From an uncultured Anaerolineaceae bacterium (GTDB lineage: Bacteria > Chloroflexota > Anaerolineae > Anaerolineales > UBA4823): DNA of 64,000 bases. Made by a program: the position numbers and the translations under genes. The DNA is taken from the NCBI GenBank assembly GCA_964385625.1, contig CAYLPS010000003.1, positions 17,007 through 81,006 of the forward strand, read 5' to 3'. Positions 56,449-64,000 of this stretch are shown piece by piece. The notes beneath the pieces were generated by a model. It did no database searches. It was not told where the DNA came from and saw only the letters and a program-made list of their open reading frames with translations. Positions within the stretch are counted from its first letter, which is position 1. Every line of letters begins with the position of its first letter.

Positions 56449-57033
56449 ATGTCCGACGAAGCATCTCCGGAACTCAATCAACAGCAGGTCATAGCCCGTA
56501 TTGAGGCTCTGTTATTCGTAGCGACCGGTGGTGTATCCCCATCGCAGCTGGCATCGGCGCTTGATCTGCCGTTGAGAGTGGTCGAAAATCACCTGGACAT
56601 CCTGGAGTCCAGGCTGTCCTCCAGTGAATCTCCCCATGGCTTGCGTCTTCAGCGCCATCATGGTCGGGTTCAGCTGACTACTTCACCAGAGTACGCAGCA
56701 GTTATCGAAAAGTTCCTGGGTCTCGAAGCTACCAGCAAGCTTAGCCGCGCTGCCTTAGAAACGCTAGCAATCATTGCCTACCAGCAGCCGGTTACTCGCC
56801 CTGAAATCGATGCTGTGCGTGGTGTAAGCTCAGATGGCGTCTTGAAAAGCTTGCTCAGCAAGGGGCTTGTGCAGGAACTCGGCCGTGCTGAACGACCAGG
56901 CAGGCCAATCCTATACACCACCACCTCCGATTTCCTCCAACACTTCGGACTGAACTCTCTCCAAGAGCTTCCTCCCCTTTCTACAGAGTTTAACACACCC
57001 CCACCATCTACCGATTATATATCTTACATGTAA
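56449..57033 (+). CDS. scpB: Segregation and condensation protein B
   Basis: 194 aa. IEALLFV, ETLAIIAYQQPVTRPEIDAVRGV and GRPILYTTTSDFLQHFGL are typical ScpB winged-helix motifs. Confidence 0.9.
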   Translation: MSDEASPELNQQQVIARIEALLFVATGGVSPSQLASALDLPLRVVENHLDILESRLSSSESPHGLRLQRHHGRVQLTTSPEYAAVIEKFLGLEATSKLSRAALETLAIIAYQQPVTRPEIDAVRGVSSDGVLKSLLSKGLVQELGRAERPGRPILYTTTSDFLQHFGLNSLQELPPLSTEFNTPPPSTDYISYM

Positions 57034-57083
57034 TCTCAGGTAAATATCTGAAACCTAATCATTAGGGCATGGCAGGTATTTTC

Positions 57084-58298
57084 TTAATCCATCGCACCCC
57101 ATTGTTCGTATAGCTCTTGGATATTCGATAGGCTATTATCGTAATAATTTGCTGTAGGAAAAGGCAGGCTGAGCACTTTGCGTGCTCGTTTCACCATCGG
57201 CTTCGTCGCAGCGAAATCTCTGATCACGCTGGCATGCGGTTTTATGCTGCCATCTGGCCTGATTAGCCCGAAAAATCTCTCGTGCCGTGATTCCAGGCAC
57301 GGTGGCCTGTTCCACAAGTTTGGGTGGTAATCTGCAAAGCACCATGCAAATGCGCCGATGGCTCCCACCTCAACCAATTTGGGTAAAACTGCCTCATAAT
57401 ACTTTGCCAGGTCTTCTTCCGATGCCATGAATTGCCTGGTTTCCTGCCCATAGCCGGTCCATACCCATTCATAAGATTCTTTTCCCGGAGGGGATGTGCA
57501 GCCACCAAATTCTTCCATTAAGACGGGCTTGCCCGACAACGCCGCAGTTAATGCACATGTGAAGGGCACAAAATCGCTGTCCAATGGTCCTTTGGCCAGC
57601 CCCAGAAGGTACATGGGGTAGGCGTGCATCACTGCAAAATCTGCTTCTGAAAATATCTGGTCAACCCGTAAACCATTATTGTATAACAGGCTAGCAGAGT
57701 GTAATCCACAGGTCACCGGATGAGTAGCATCGATCTCATGGATGGTCTTCATCATACTGAATGCCCAGTTTTTCCCCACCTGGTCACTTGCTGGCCAGGC
57801 AAACAGGTCCGGCTCGTTCCCAAGGTTCCAGCACCAAATGGCCGGGTGGTCCTTCAGCTCTCTTACAACAACCTGTAGCTGTAATTTTTCGGCTGCCAGT
57901 GCAATCTCATTGTCAAATGGGTTTAGGTAACCCTTATCTACGATCTTTCCTTCACTGACCACCTGCCGCACATACTGGGGCATGTCACCTTTCAGCAACC
58001 AACCTGGCGCCCAGCTGGGGCCGCTCATATGGCCGGTGAAGAAAGTGATATCCAGGCCAAGCGAGCGGCTGGCTGCGATATCACACACCTTGATCAGATT
58101 TTCCAGGCTTTCCTGCGCGATATGATCTGCTGCAGGCTGGAAATCTTCCCACAACAGGAAAATCCTCACCACTGATAACCCCAGATCGCTGATCATTGAA
58201 AATTCTTCTTCCACTTCTCCGACATCAAAATCGTGCCACCAGTACATGGCTTTCTTGCGCGGCCAATAATTAACCCCAAGTCGAAATTCGCTATCCAT
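57084..58298 (-). CDS. Clan GH-A glycoside hydrolase (GH5-like)
   Basis: The ORF track gives 57084-58322 from a TTG. The ATG at 58298 has a GGAGGAG SD. The acid/base motif is WNLGNEPD and the nucleophile context is PVLMEEFGG. I see no signal peptide. Confidence 0.7.
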   Translation of the reverse strand: MDSEFRLGVNYWPRKKAMYWWHDFDVGEVEEEFSMISDLGLSVVRIFLLWEDFQPAADHIAQESLENLIKVCDIAASRSLGLDITFFTGHMSGPSWAPGWLLKGDMPQYVRQVVSEGKIVDKGYLNPFDNEIALAAEKLQLQVVVRELKDHPAIWCWNLGNEPDLFAWPASDQVGKNWAFSMMKTIHEIDATHPVTCGLHSASLLYNNGLRVDQIFSEADFAVMHAYPMYLLGLAKGPLDSDFVPFTCALTAALSGKPVLMEEFGGCTSPPGKESYEWVWTGYGQETRQFMASEEDLAKYYEAVLPKLVEVGAIGAFAWCFADYHPNLWNRPPCLESRHERFFGLIRPDGSIKPHASVIRDFAATKPMVKRARKVLSLPFPTANYYDNSLSNIQELYEQWGAMD

Positions 58299-58409
58299 AA
58301 CTCCTCCGTAGATATTGCTCAATCTATCACGTATAATTAATGATTATTGACAATTTTAATATTAATTTATCGTGTATTATCAGTTTTTAAGGAAAGAAGT
58401 GAGCTACCC

Positions 58410-60296
58410 ATGGAGATGATCCCAACCCTATTACCAATGCCTGTGGATTTTAAATCTAACCAAGGGATGTGCGATCTGCGTCAAAAACATCTTATTTTAT
58501 TGGAATGTGACCCTCCTCACGCAATACTTTCTTCAGCACTTCGCCTGCAGGCCGCCTTTGATTTCCACCTGCAGACTTTATTACAGCTTTATGCAGGTAA
58601 AACGCCTCAGTTGGAACAGGTCGGAATAACGCTGCGCATGGAACAAAGCCTGCCATTACAACCCCAAGGGTATTACTTACAAATTTCCCCCTCAGGGATC
58701 CTTATTGAAGCCTACCAGGCTGAAGGAATATTTTACGCCTGTTGCACCTTGATCCAGCTGGTCGAGTATTATGCATATCATCAAGATAATTCACAACAGC
58801 TCCCCTTGGGTTGCCTGCCATGTCTTGAGATCCGGGATTGGCCCAACTTTCAACATCGCGGGGTGATGCTGGATGTTTCCCGCGACAAAGTCCCCACGAT
58901 GCAAACCATGTTTAACCTGGTTGACATGCTGTCTTCCTGGAAGATAAACCAGCTCCAGCTCTATACCGAGCATACCTTTGCCTATCAGATGCATCCAGAG
59001 GTATGGGCTGGTGCGTCTCCTTTCACCGGGGATGAAATCCTTAAATTGGATGCCTACTGCCGCGAGCGTTTTATTGAGCTCGTGCCAAACCAGAATTCTT
59101 TTGGCCATCTGGAGCGCTGGCTGAAACATCCACAATACCTCCACCTGGCCGAAGCGCCCCACGGTTTTGACTTCCCCTGGGGCCATTCTGAAACACCCTT
59201 CAGCCTGTGCCCCCTTGACCCCGATAGCCTGGCCTTTTTACAGGGTCTCTATAATGAGTTATTACCTCACTTTTCCAGCCGCCAGTTCAATGTGGGTTGT
59301 GATGAGACTTTTGACCTTGGGCAGGGCCGCAGTATGGCTGAATGCGAGCGTCTGGGAACGGATCGGGTATATCTCGATTTCCTGCTCAAACTCCACCACG
59401 ATGTGACCAGGCGTGGCTTTCGCATGCAGTTTTGGGGTGATATGATCATTAGTCAGCCGGAACTCTTGAAAGAGCTACCTGGTGATGTAGTTGCGCTGGA
59501 GTGGGGCTATGAAGCAGATCATCCCTTCGCAGAGCATGGCGGTAAATTGGCTCAAGCGGGTATTTCTTTTTACGTTTGCCCTGGAACCTCAGCCTGGAAC
59601 TCCCTCGCCGGTCGCACGGATAATTGCCTGGCTAATCTGGCGAATGCCGCACAAAATGGGCTCAAAACTGGAGCTGAAGGCTATCTGATTACCGATTGGG
59701 GTGATAATGGGCACTGGCAGGTTTTACCGGTCAGTTTCCTCGGCTTCGCAGTTGGCGCAGCCTATGCATGGTCTTTGCCTGCCAACCGCGACCTCCATAT
59801 TCCTGAAGCCTTAAGTCTATACGCTTTCACTGATCGATTCGCTAAAATGGGCAGCATGTTTTATCAGCTCGGCAATATTTATCGCCGGTTGGATCTTGAG
59901 CCCCCCAACGCCTCGATCTTATTTACCGTGCTGCAAAAGCCGATGCCTGAGTGGCGGGAATACTGGCAGCCTGACACGGCTGTTCAACTCTTTCGGAACA
60001 CTCTCGACTATCTCGATCAAATTGTGTCGCATAATCAGCGGTTTTCCACTCAGCAGTCGGATGATGAGCTCATCAAGCGTGAGCTCGAGCTTACCCAGCA
60101 ACTCTTGCGCCACGCTTGCCTGCGCGCTCTACATGCCTTTGGATCACCAGAATTTACTCCTAGGTTCCTATTACAACATCTGGAAGACATCATCACCGAA
60201 TACCGATCAATCTGGCTGTTGCGTAATCGCCCGGGTGGCTTAAGTGACAGCCTAGCCTATTTCGAGATTGCCAAAAAAGAATATCAGGAGAGCTGA
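58410..60296 (+). CDS. GH20-family beta-N-acetylhexosaminidase-like protein
   Basis: The ORF track gives 58347-60296 from a TTG. The first ATG is at 58410. FQHRGVMLDVSRDKVP...INQLQLYTEHTF, and NVGCDETFDLG carries the D-E catalytic pair. Confidence 0.7.
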   Translation: MEMIPTLLPMPVDFKSNQGMCDLRQKHLILLECDPPHAILSSALRLQAAFDFHLQTLLQLYAGKTPQLEQVGITLRMEQSLPLQPQGYYLQISPSGILIEAYQAEGIFYACCTLIQLVEYYAYHQDNSQQLPLGCLPCLEIRDWPNFQHRGVMLDVSRDKVPTMQTMFNLVDMLSSWKINQLQLYTEHTFAYQMHPEVWAGASPFTGDEILKLDAYCRERFIELVPNQNSFGHLERWLKHPQYLHLAEAPHGFDFPWGHSETPFSLCPLDPDSLAFLQGLYNELLPHFSSRQFNVGCDETFDLGQGRSMAECERLGTDRVYLDFLLKLHHDVTRRGFRMQFWGDMIISQPELLKELPGDVVALEWGYEADHPFAEHGGKLAQAGISFYVCPGTSAWNSLAGRTDNCLANLANAAQNGLKTGAEGYLITDWGDNGHWQVLPVSFLGFAVGAAYAWSLPANRDLHIPEALSLYAFTDRFAKMGSMFYQLGNIYRRLDLEPPNASILFTVLQKPMPEWREYWQPDTAVQLFRNTLDYLDQIVSHNQRFSTQQSDDELIKRELELTQQLLRHACLRALHAFGSPEFTPRFLLQHLEDIITEYRSIWLLRNRPGGLSDSLAYFEIAKKEYQES

Positions 60297-60303
60297 TATC
60301 AAT

Positions 60304-61935
60304 ATGAATCGACCACCATCCAGACCCACTCCCGCCTGGCTCGAAAATGCTGTTTTTTACCAGATTTATCCTCAATCATTTTACGATTCCAATGGAGATG
60401 GCATTGGTGATATCCCGGGGATCATCTCCAAATTGGATTACATCCAATCCCTTGGTGTCAACGCCTGCTGGCTGAACCCATGCTTTAAATCACCCTTCCA
60501 GGATGCTGGCTATGACATAGCCGATTACCGCAAAGTCGCCTCCCGTTACGGCACCAACGCCGACCTGAAACGCCTGTTCGATGAAGCCAGGCAACGTGGT
60601 ATTCGTATTTTGCTCGACCTGGTACCCGGGCATACCTCCATCGATCATCCCTGGTTCAAGGCATCCTGCAGCCCAGAGCCAAACCAGTATTCTGATTACT
60701 ACATCTGGACCGATAGCGCCTGGCAATGGGAGATCCCCGGCTATCAAGTCGTCAGTGGTTACGCTGACCGCGATGCCAGTTTCATAACCAACTTTTTTTA
60801 CTTCCAGCCCGCTCTAAATTATGGTTTTGCCAACCCTGATCCCAACAAGCCCTGGCAGCAACCTGTTGATGCACCTGGTCCGCTCAAGGTGCGCCAGGAG
60901 ATGAAGGATATCATGCGTTACTGGTTGGAGATGGGCGCCAGCGGCTTCCGGGTGGATATGGCTTTCTCTTTAGTGAAAAGCGATCATGGCAGACGCCAAA
61001 CCGCCAGGATCTGGCAGGATATCCGCTCCTGGCTAGACGCTGATTTTCCCGAGGCTGCCATCGTTTCGGAGTGGGGAGTGCCATCCGTCGCCATACCTGC
61101 TGGGTTCCATATGGATTTTTGCCTGCCCTTCGGCATGCCCGGCTACACAGCCCTGCTGCGCAAGCCATATGGGCATGGGCCTGGAAATGACCCTTATGGC
61201 TATAGCTTCTTCGACTCAGCAGGTCATGGCAATATCATGGAATTTCTGGACGAATACTTGCAGCACTACCACCGCACGCGTAACCTTGGTTTCATCGCCA
61301 TCCCTACTGGTAACCATGACATTAACCCGCGCCTGAGTAAGAATCGCTCGGCAGATGATCTAGAGCTGGTATTCATGTTTTTACTCACCATGCCCGGCGT
61401 ACCCTTCATCTGGTATGGCGATGAGATTGGCATGCGATCTTTGGATAATCTCGCCTCCAAGGAAGGTGGTTATGACCGCACTAAATCACGCACGCCCATG
61501 CAGTGGTCCGCTGAAGAAAACGCTGGTTTTTCCATCGCTCAACCTGAACAGCTGTATCTGCCCATCGACCCTTCCCCTGACCGGCCAACAGTCTCACAAC
61601 AGGAACACGATCCTCATTCGTTGCTCAATCGGGTGAGAAAATTAACGGCTATACGAAAATCCTTTCCATCCCTCCAGGCTTCTGCTGATTTCAATGTGAT
61701 CTATGCTCAACCCGGAAAGGTTCCACTTATCTACGAGCGTACCGATGGCGAAAGCACCTTCCTGGTCGCCATCAATCCCTCTGCCCAGCCTGTGATTGTG
61801 GATCTTAACCTTGATTTATTCAACCCTCCTGAAACCATCTACGGCGTGCCCCAGGCAATTTTCAGGTACAATTCCGGCTGGCGTGTGCATCTGCCGGGTG
61901 TCTCGGGGGGCATATACCGGGCAAGCCAAAGCTGA
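60304..61935 (+). CDS. GH13 alpha-amylase-family enzyme (alpha-glucosidase/oligo-1,6-glucosidase-like)
   Basis: The ORF track gives 60268-61935. ATG 60304 follows the upstream stop. WLENAVFYQIYPQSFYDSNGDGIGD, DLVPGHTS, GFRVDMA, SEW and GNHD match GH13 regions I-IV. Confidence 0.85.
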   Translation: MNRPPSRPTPAWLENAVFYQIYPQSFYDSNGDGIGDIPGIISKLDYIQSLGVNACWLNPCFKSPFQDAGYDIADYRKVASRYGTNADLKRLFDEARQRGIRILLDLVPGHTSIDHPWFKASCSPEPNQYSDYYIWTDSAWQWEIPGYQVVSGYADRDASFITNFFYFQPALNYGFANPDPNKPWQQPVDAPGPLKVRQEMKDIMRYWLEMGASGFRVDMAFSLVKSDHGRRQTARIWQDIRSWLDADFPEAAIVSEWGVPSVAIPAGFHMDFCLPFGMPGYTALLRKPYGHGPGNDPYGYSFFDSAGHGNIMEFLDEYLQHYHRTRNLGFIAIPTGNHDINPRLSKNRSADDLELVFMFLLTMPGVPFIWYGDEIGMRSLDNLASKEGGYDRTKSRTPMQWSAEENAGFSIAQPEQLYLPIDPSPDRPTVSQQEHDPHSLLNRVRKLTAIRKSFPSLQASADFNVIYAQPGKVPLIYERTDGESTFLVAINPSAQPVIVDLNLDLFNPPETIYGVPQAIFRYNSGWRVHLPGVSGGIYRASQS

Positions 61936-61942
61936 GGCATCG

Positions 61943-63700
61943 ATGATTACCTATCCTCTAAATCTGATCCCATTTTCGCGAAAAGATTCCTTCCTGATCA
62001 TTACTGCACGAAACTCCAGTGGCTCCCCACGGCTGTTATATAAAACTTGCAGTGGACGCATCCAAAACTTGCAATACATTCCCTTCCCTGCGGATGAATT
62101 TTTTGAAATTTCGTTGACGAAAAACAGCCATCAGGTACCCTACACCTGGGACGCTTATCCTCATCGGCTAGATCTTCACGGCGAGGGTGGAGAAGAGGTG
62201 GTGCTCACTTATTGGGACCCCCAAACATTGATTTTCCGTGCGAATAATGTCGAGGTGCGATTAATGCCTTCCAAGGTATTCCCAGCTCAATATTCACCCA
62301 TTCCGGAGGACATTTACCTGATCGACTGGTTCGCACGGGGTATCCACATGTTTCGTGCTGACAAAAATTCAACTGTCCGTGCCCTGGTTACACCCCTTGT
62401 CACTGGCGTCGAAAAACATTGGGGTGAATTCCCCTGTACGATCATATATTCTCCGAAGGAGAATGTGTCCCAATATATCGGTGCCTTTCACTTCGCTCGT
62501 TATGAAACAATCTGGAATGAGCCCCTACCTGATTTTGACGCGCTGCTGTCCAACAACGAGAATGAATATGCCGCCTGGGCGGAAAAAATGCCCATCGTAC
62601 CAGAAAAATACCAGCTCACCGCTGAAACTGCCTGGTTTATTTTGTGGGACTGCCAGGTACCTAAGGTCGATGCGCTCACCCGCCCGGCTATCTATATGAG
62701 CAAGTTTTGGATGAATGGCGTCTGGGCCTGGGACAACCTGTTTATTGCCCTCGCGGTTGCCAGGGCACACCCGCAGCTTGCCTGGGATCAGTTGATGCTA
62801 TTCTTCGATTATCAGGAACCCAACGGTATGATCCCTGATATGCTATCAGACCTGGAACCCATCTATGGCTTCACCAAGCCGCCGCTGCACGGCTGGGCAA
62901 TCCTGAAACTGGTACAAAAGCTTGGCCTTGAGAAATCACTTCCGTATCTGGAAGAAATCTACAAGCCCCTCGGTCACCTCACCGATTGGTGGTATACCTA
63001 TCGCGATTTCGACAATGATGGCATGCCTCAGTATTTCCATGGCAATGATTCCGGTTGGGACAATGCCACCATATTCGACCAGGGTATTTCAGTTGAAGGC
63101 GCCGACCTGGCTGCTTACCTGGTCTTGCAGTGTGAAAGCCTGGCCTTCATTGCCGATGCCCTGGGGCATAAAAAAGCAGCCCGCCGTTGGAAATTAAAGG
63201 CTGAAAAGCAGCTATCAGACCTGCTCAATCACTCTGTAAAAAATAACCACTTCTTCTCTCCTGTCAGTGGCACTTCCCAAGCGGAAAATAGCTTGTCTCT
63301 GATCAATTACATCCCGATAGTTTTAGGAAATCGGCTGCCCAAGCAAATTCACAGTACACTGGTATACGATCTCCGACCTGGTGGTCCCTACTTCACCCAG
63401 TGTGGCCTGGCTACAGAGCCGCCAACCAGCTATAAATACATGGCGGATGGTTACTGGAGAGGTCCAATCTGGGCGGCTTCCACCTACCTGATATTTGATG
63501 GCCTTCTAGAATCGGGGGAGTATGAGCTGGCACATCTTATCGCTGAGCGTTTTTGCGATTTATGTGTCGATGTACCTGGCTTTTGGGAAAATTATGATGC
63601 CCTCACCGGCAAAGGGTTGCGTTGCCCTGGATATTCATGGACTGCTTCAGTATTCCTGTTACTGGCCGAATGGCTTGAAGCGGATAAGCGCGAACATTGA
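61943..63700 (+). CDS. (alpha/alpha)6-barrel glycosidase, GH63/GH37-like (glucosidase/mannosylglycerate-hydrolase type)
   Basis: The ORF track gives 61796-63700. ATG 61943 follows the GH13 stop. Motifs KPPLHGWA, GNDSGWDN, GYWRGPIW and ENYDALTG...GYSWTASV. Confidence 0.65.
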   Translation: MITYPLNLIPFSRKDSFLIITARNSSGSPRLLYKTCSGRIQNLQYIPFPADEFFEISLTKNSHQVPYTWDAYPHRLDLHGEGGEEVVLTYWDPQTLIFRANNVEVRLMPSKVFPAQYSPIPEDIYLIDWFARGIHMFRADKNSTVRALVTPLVTGVEKHWGEFPCTIIYSPKENVSQYIGAFHFARYETIWNEPLPDFDALLSNNENEYAAWAEKMPIVPEKYQLTAETAWFILWDCQVPKVDALTRPAIYMSKFWMNGVWAWDNLFIALAVARAHPQLAWDQLMLFFDYQEPNGMIPDMLSDLEPIYGFTKPPLHGWAILKLVQKLGLEKSLPYLEEIYKPLGHLTDWWYTYRDFDNDGMPQYFHGNDSGWDNATIFDQGISVEGADLAAYLVLQCESLAFIADALGHKKAARRWKLKAEKQLSDLLNHSVKNNHFFSPVSGTSQAENSLSLINYIPIVLGNRLPKQIHSTLVYDLRPGGPYFTQCGLATEPPTSYKYMADGYWRGPIWAASTYLIFDGLLESGEYELAHLIAERFCDLCVDVPGFWENYDALTGKGLRCPGYSWTASVFLLLAEWLEADKREH

Positions 63701-63722
63701 TCCAAGGAAAGGTGTTTACTCA

Positions 63723-64000
63723 ATGATCGATTTTGACGCACTGCTGCATATTGCCGGTTCTAATACCTGGCAGCTTCCCCAACTTACTGCCATTAACAAG
63801 CAGCCTCCCCACGCCACATTTCATCCATTTCCAACCCCTGCTGCAGCCCTGGATTTTGAACGCCATTCATCTCCCTGGTTCATCTCTCTGAATGGAACCT
63901 GGGATTTTATCCTCCTGCCCCGCCCTGAAGCAGTTACAGTGGAAATTATCCATACTGCAGCCTGGAAGCCCATCAAGGTTCCCGGTAATTGGACCATGCA
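63723..64000 (+). CDS. GH2 beta-galactosidase, N-terminal fragment (runs off the right edge)
   Basis: Own translation: MIDFDALLHIAGSNTWQLPQLTAINKQPPHATFHPFPTPAAALDFERHSSPWFISLNGTWDFILLPRPEAV...VPGNWTM. This is the LacZ-type N-terminal pattern (SLNG-W-F, P-NW-M). Confidence 0.7.
   Translation, partial: MIDFDALLHIAGSNTWQLPQLTAINKQPPHATFHPFPTPAAALDFERHSSPWFISLNGTWDFILLPRPEAVTVEIIHTAAWKPIKVPGNWTM

Noticed and set aside
61796-61942. N-terminal extensions of longest ORFs that overlap the preceding gene. The same issue applies at 45637-45705, 53793-53867, 7993-8073, 58347-58409, 60268-60303 and 8770-8802.
   Set aside because: In each case an internal ATG lies just after the upstream stop or forms an ATGA/TGATG junction, often with an SD. 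The extension has no family-like sequence, so I used the shorter coordinates.
1-64000. CRISPR arrays, rRNA operons, IS elements, prophage, and recognisable defence islands or toxin-antitoxin pairs
   Set aside because: I noticed no regularly spaced direct repeats. All intergenic gaps are under 280 nt. No ORF carries transposase, integrase, Cas, reverse-transcriptase or restriction-modification motifs.

Overview
This is a 64-kb, gene-dense chromosomal segment of a bacterium, about 90% coding by inspection. The gene repertoire (SufR-type regulator, DUF348/G5 lipoprotein, many cytoplasmic glycoside hydrolases) and a GC content near 50% by eye suggest a Chloroflexota/Anaerolineae-like organism. 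That assignment is inference only. I call 55 protein-coding genes. Two are cut by the window edges: sufC on the left and a GH2 beta-galactosidase on the right. I also call 2 tRNAs (anticodons CAU and CGU), several sigma70-type promoters with TGnTATAAT extended -10 boxes, and a few intrinsic terminators and hairpins.

Gene blocks, left to right:
- 1-1829: head of the suf Fe-S regulon.
- Housekeeping genes: polyprenyl synthase, TatD, PGM/PMM, class II aldolase, NUDIX.
- Two paralogous repeat-motif membrane proteins.
- A beta-helix protein translationally coupled to a ParB/Srx-like + tandem-USP fusion.
- Class V aminotransferase + MetH-activation-like protein + RACo-like [2Fe-2S]/ASKHA activase.
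- An MrfA-like DEXH helicase carrying an HNH module.
- A long plus-strand sugar/glycerol locus: Gfo/Idh/MocA, cupin, galE, glpK, fused glpA-glpB, glpC, two MFS transporters, GH4, PfkB.
- An opp/dpp-type peptide ABC operon, then M20 peptidases.
- A DnaQ-DinG fusion.
- A minus-strand array: rsmD, UroD-like, ChlI-like, a small protein, GtrA, UXS, G5-propeller lipoprotein.
- scpB.
- A GH5-GH20-GH13-GH63-like-GH2 glycan cluster.

I saw no rRNA, CRISPR array, transposase, integrase, phage gene or obvious toxin-antitoxin pair, and no evident accessory island. I did not find a clear-cut new multi-gene system. The best follow-up candidates are:
- the palindromic operator shared by two back-to-back consensus suf promoters;
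- a recurrent TATAAT-N6-9-ATG (leaderless) gene-start architecture;
- the helicase-HNH-DUF1998 fusion;
- the beta-helix/ParB-USP pair;
- the orphan corrinoid-activase module;
- the GlpA-GlpB fusion.

All family assignments come from motif recognition in the translated ORFs. No database search was possible.
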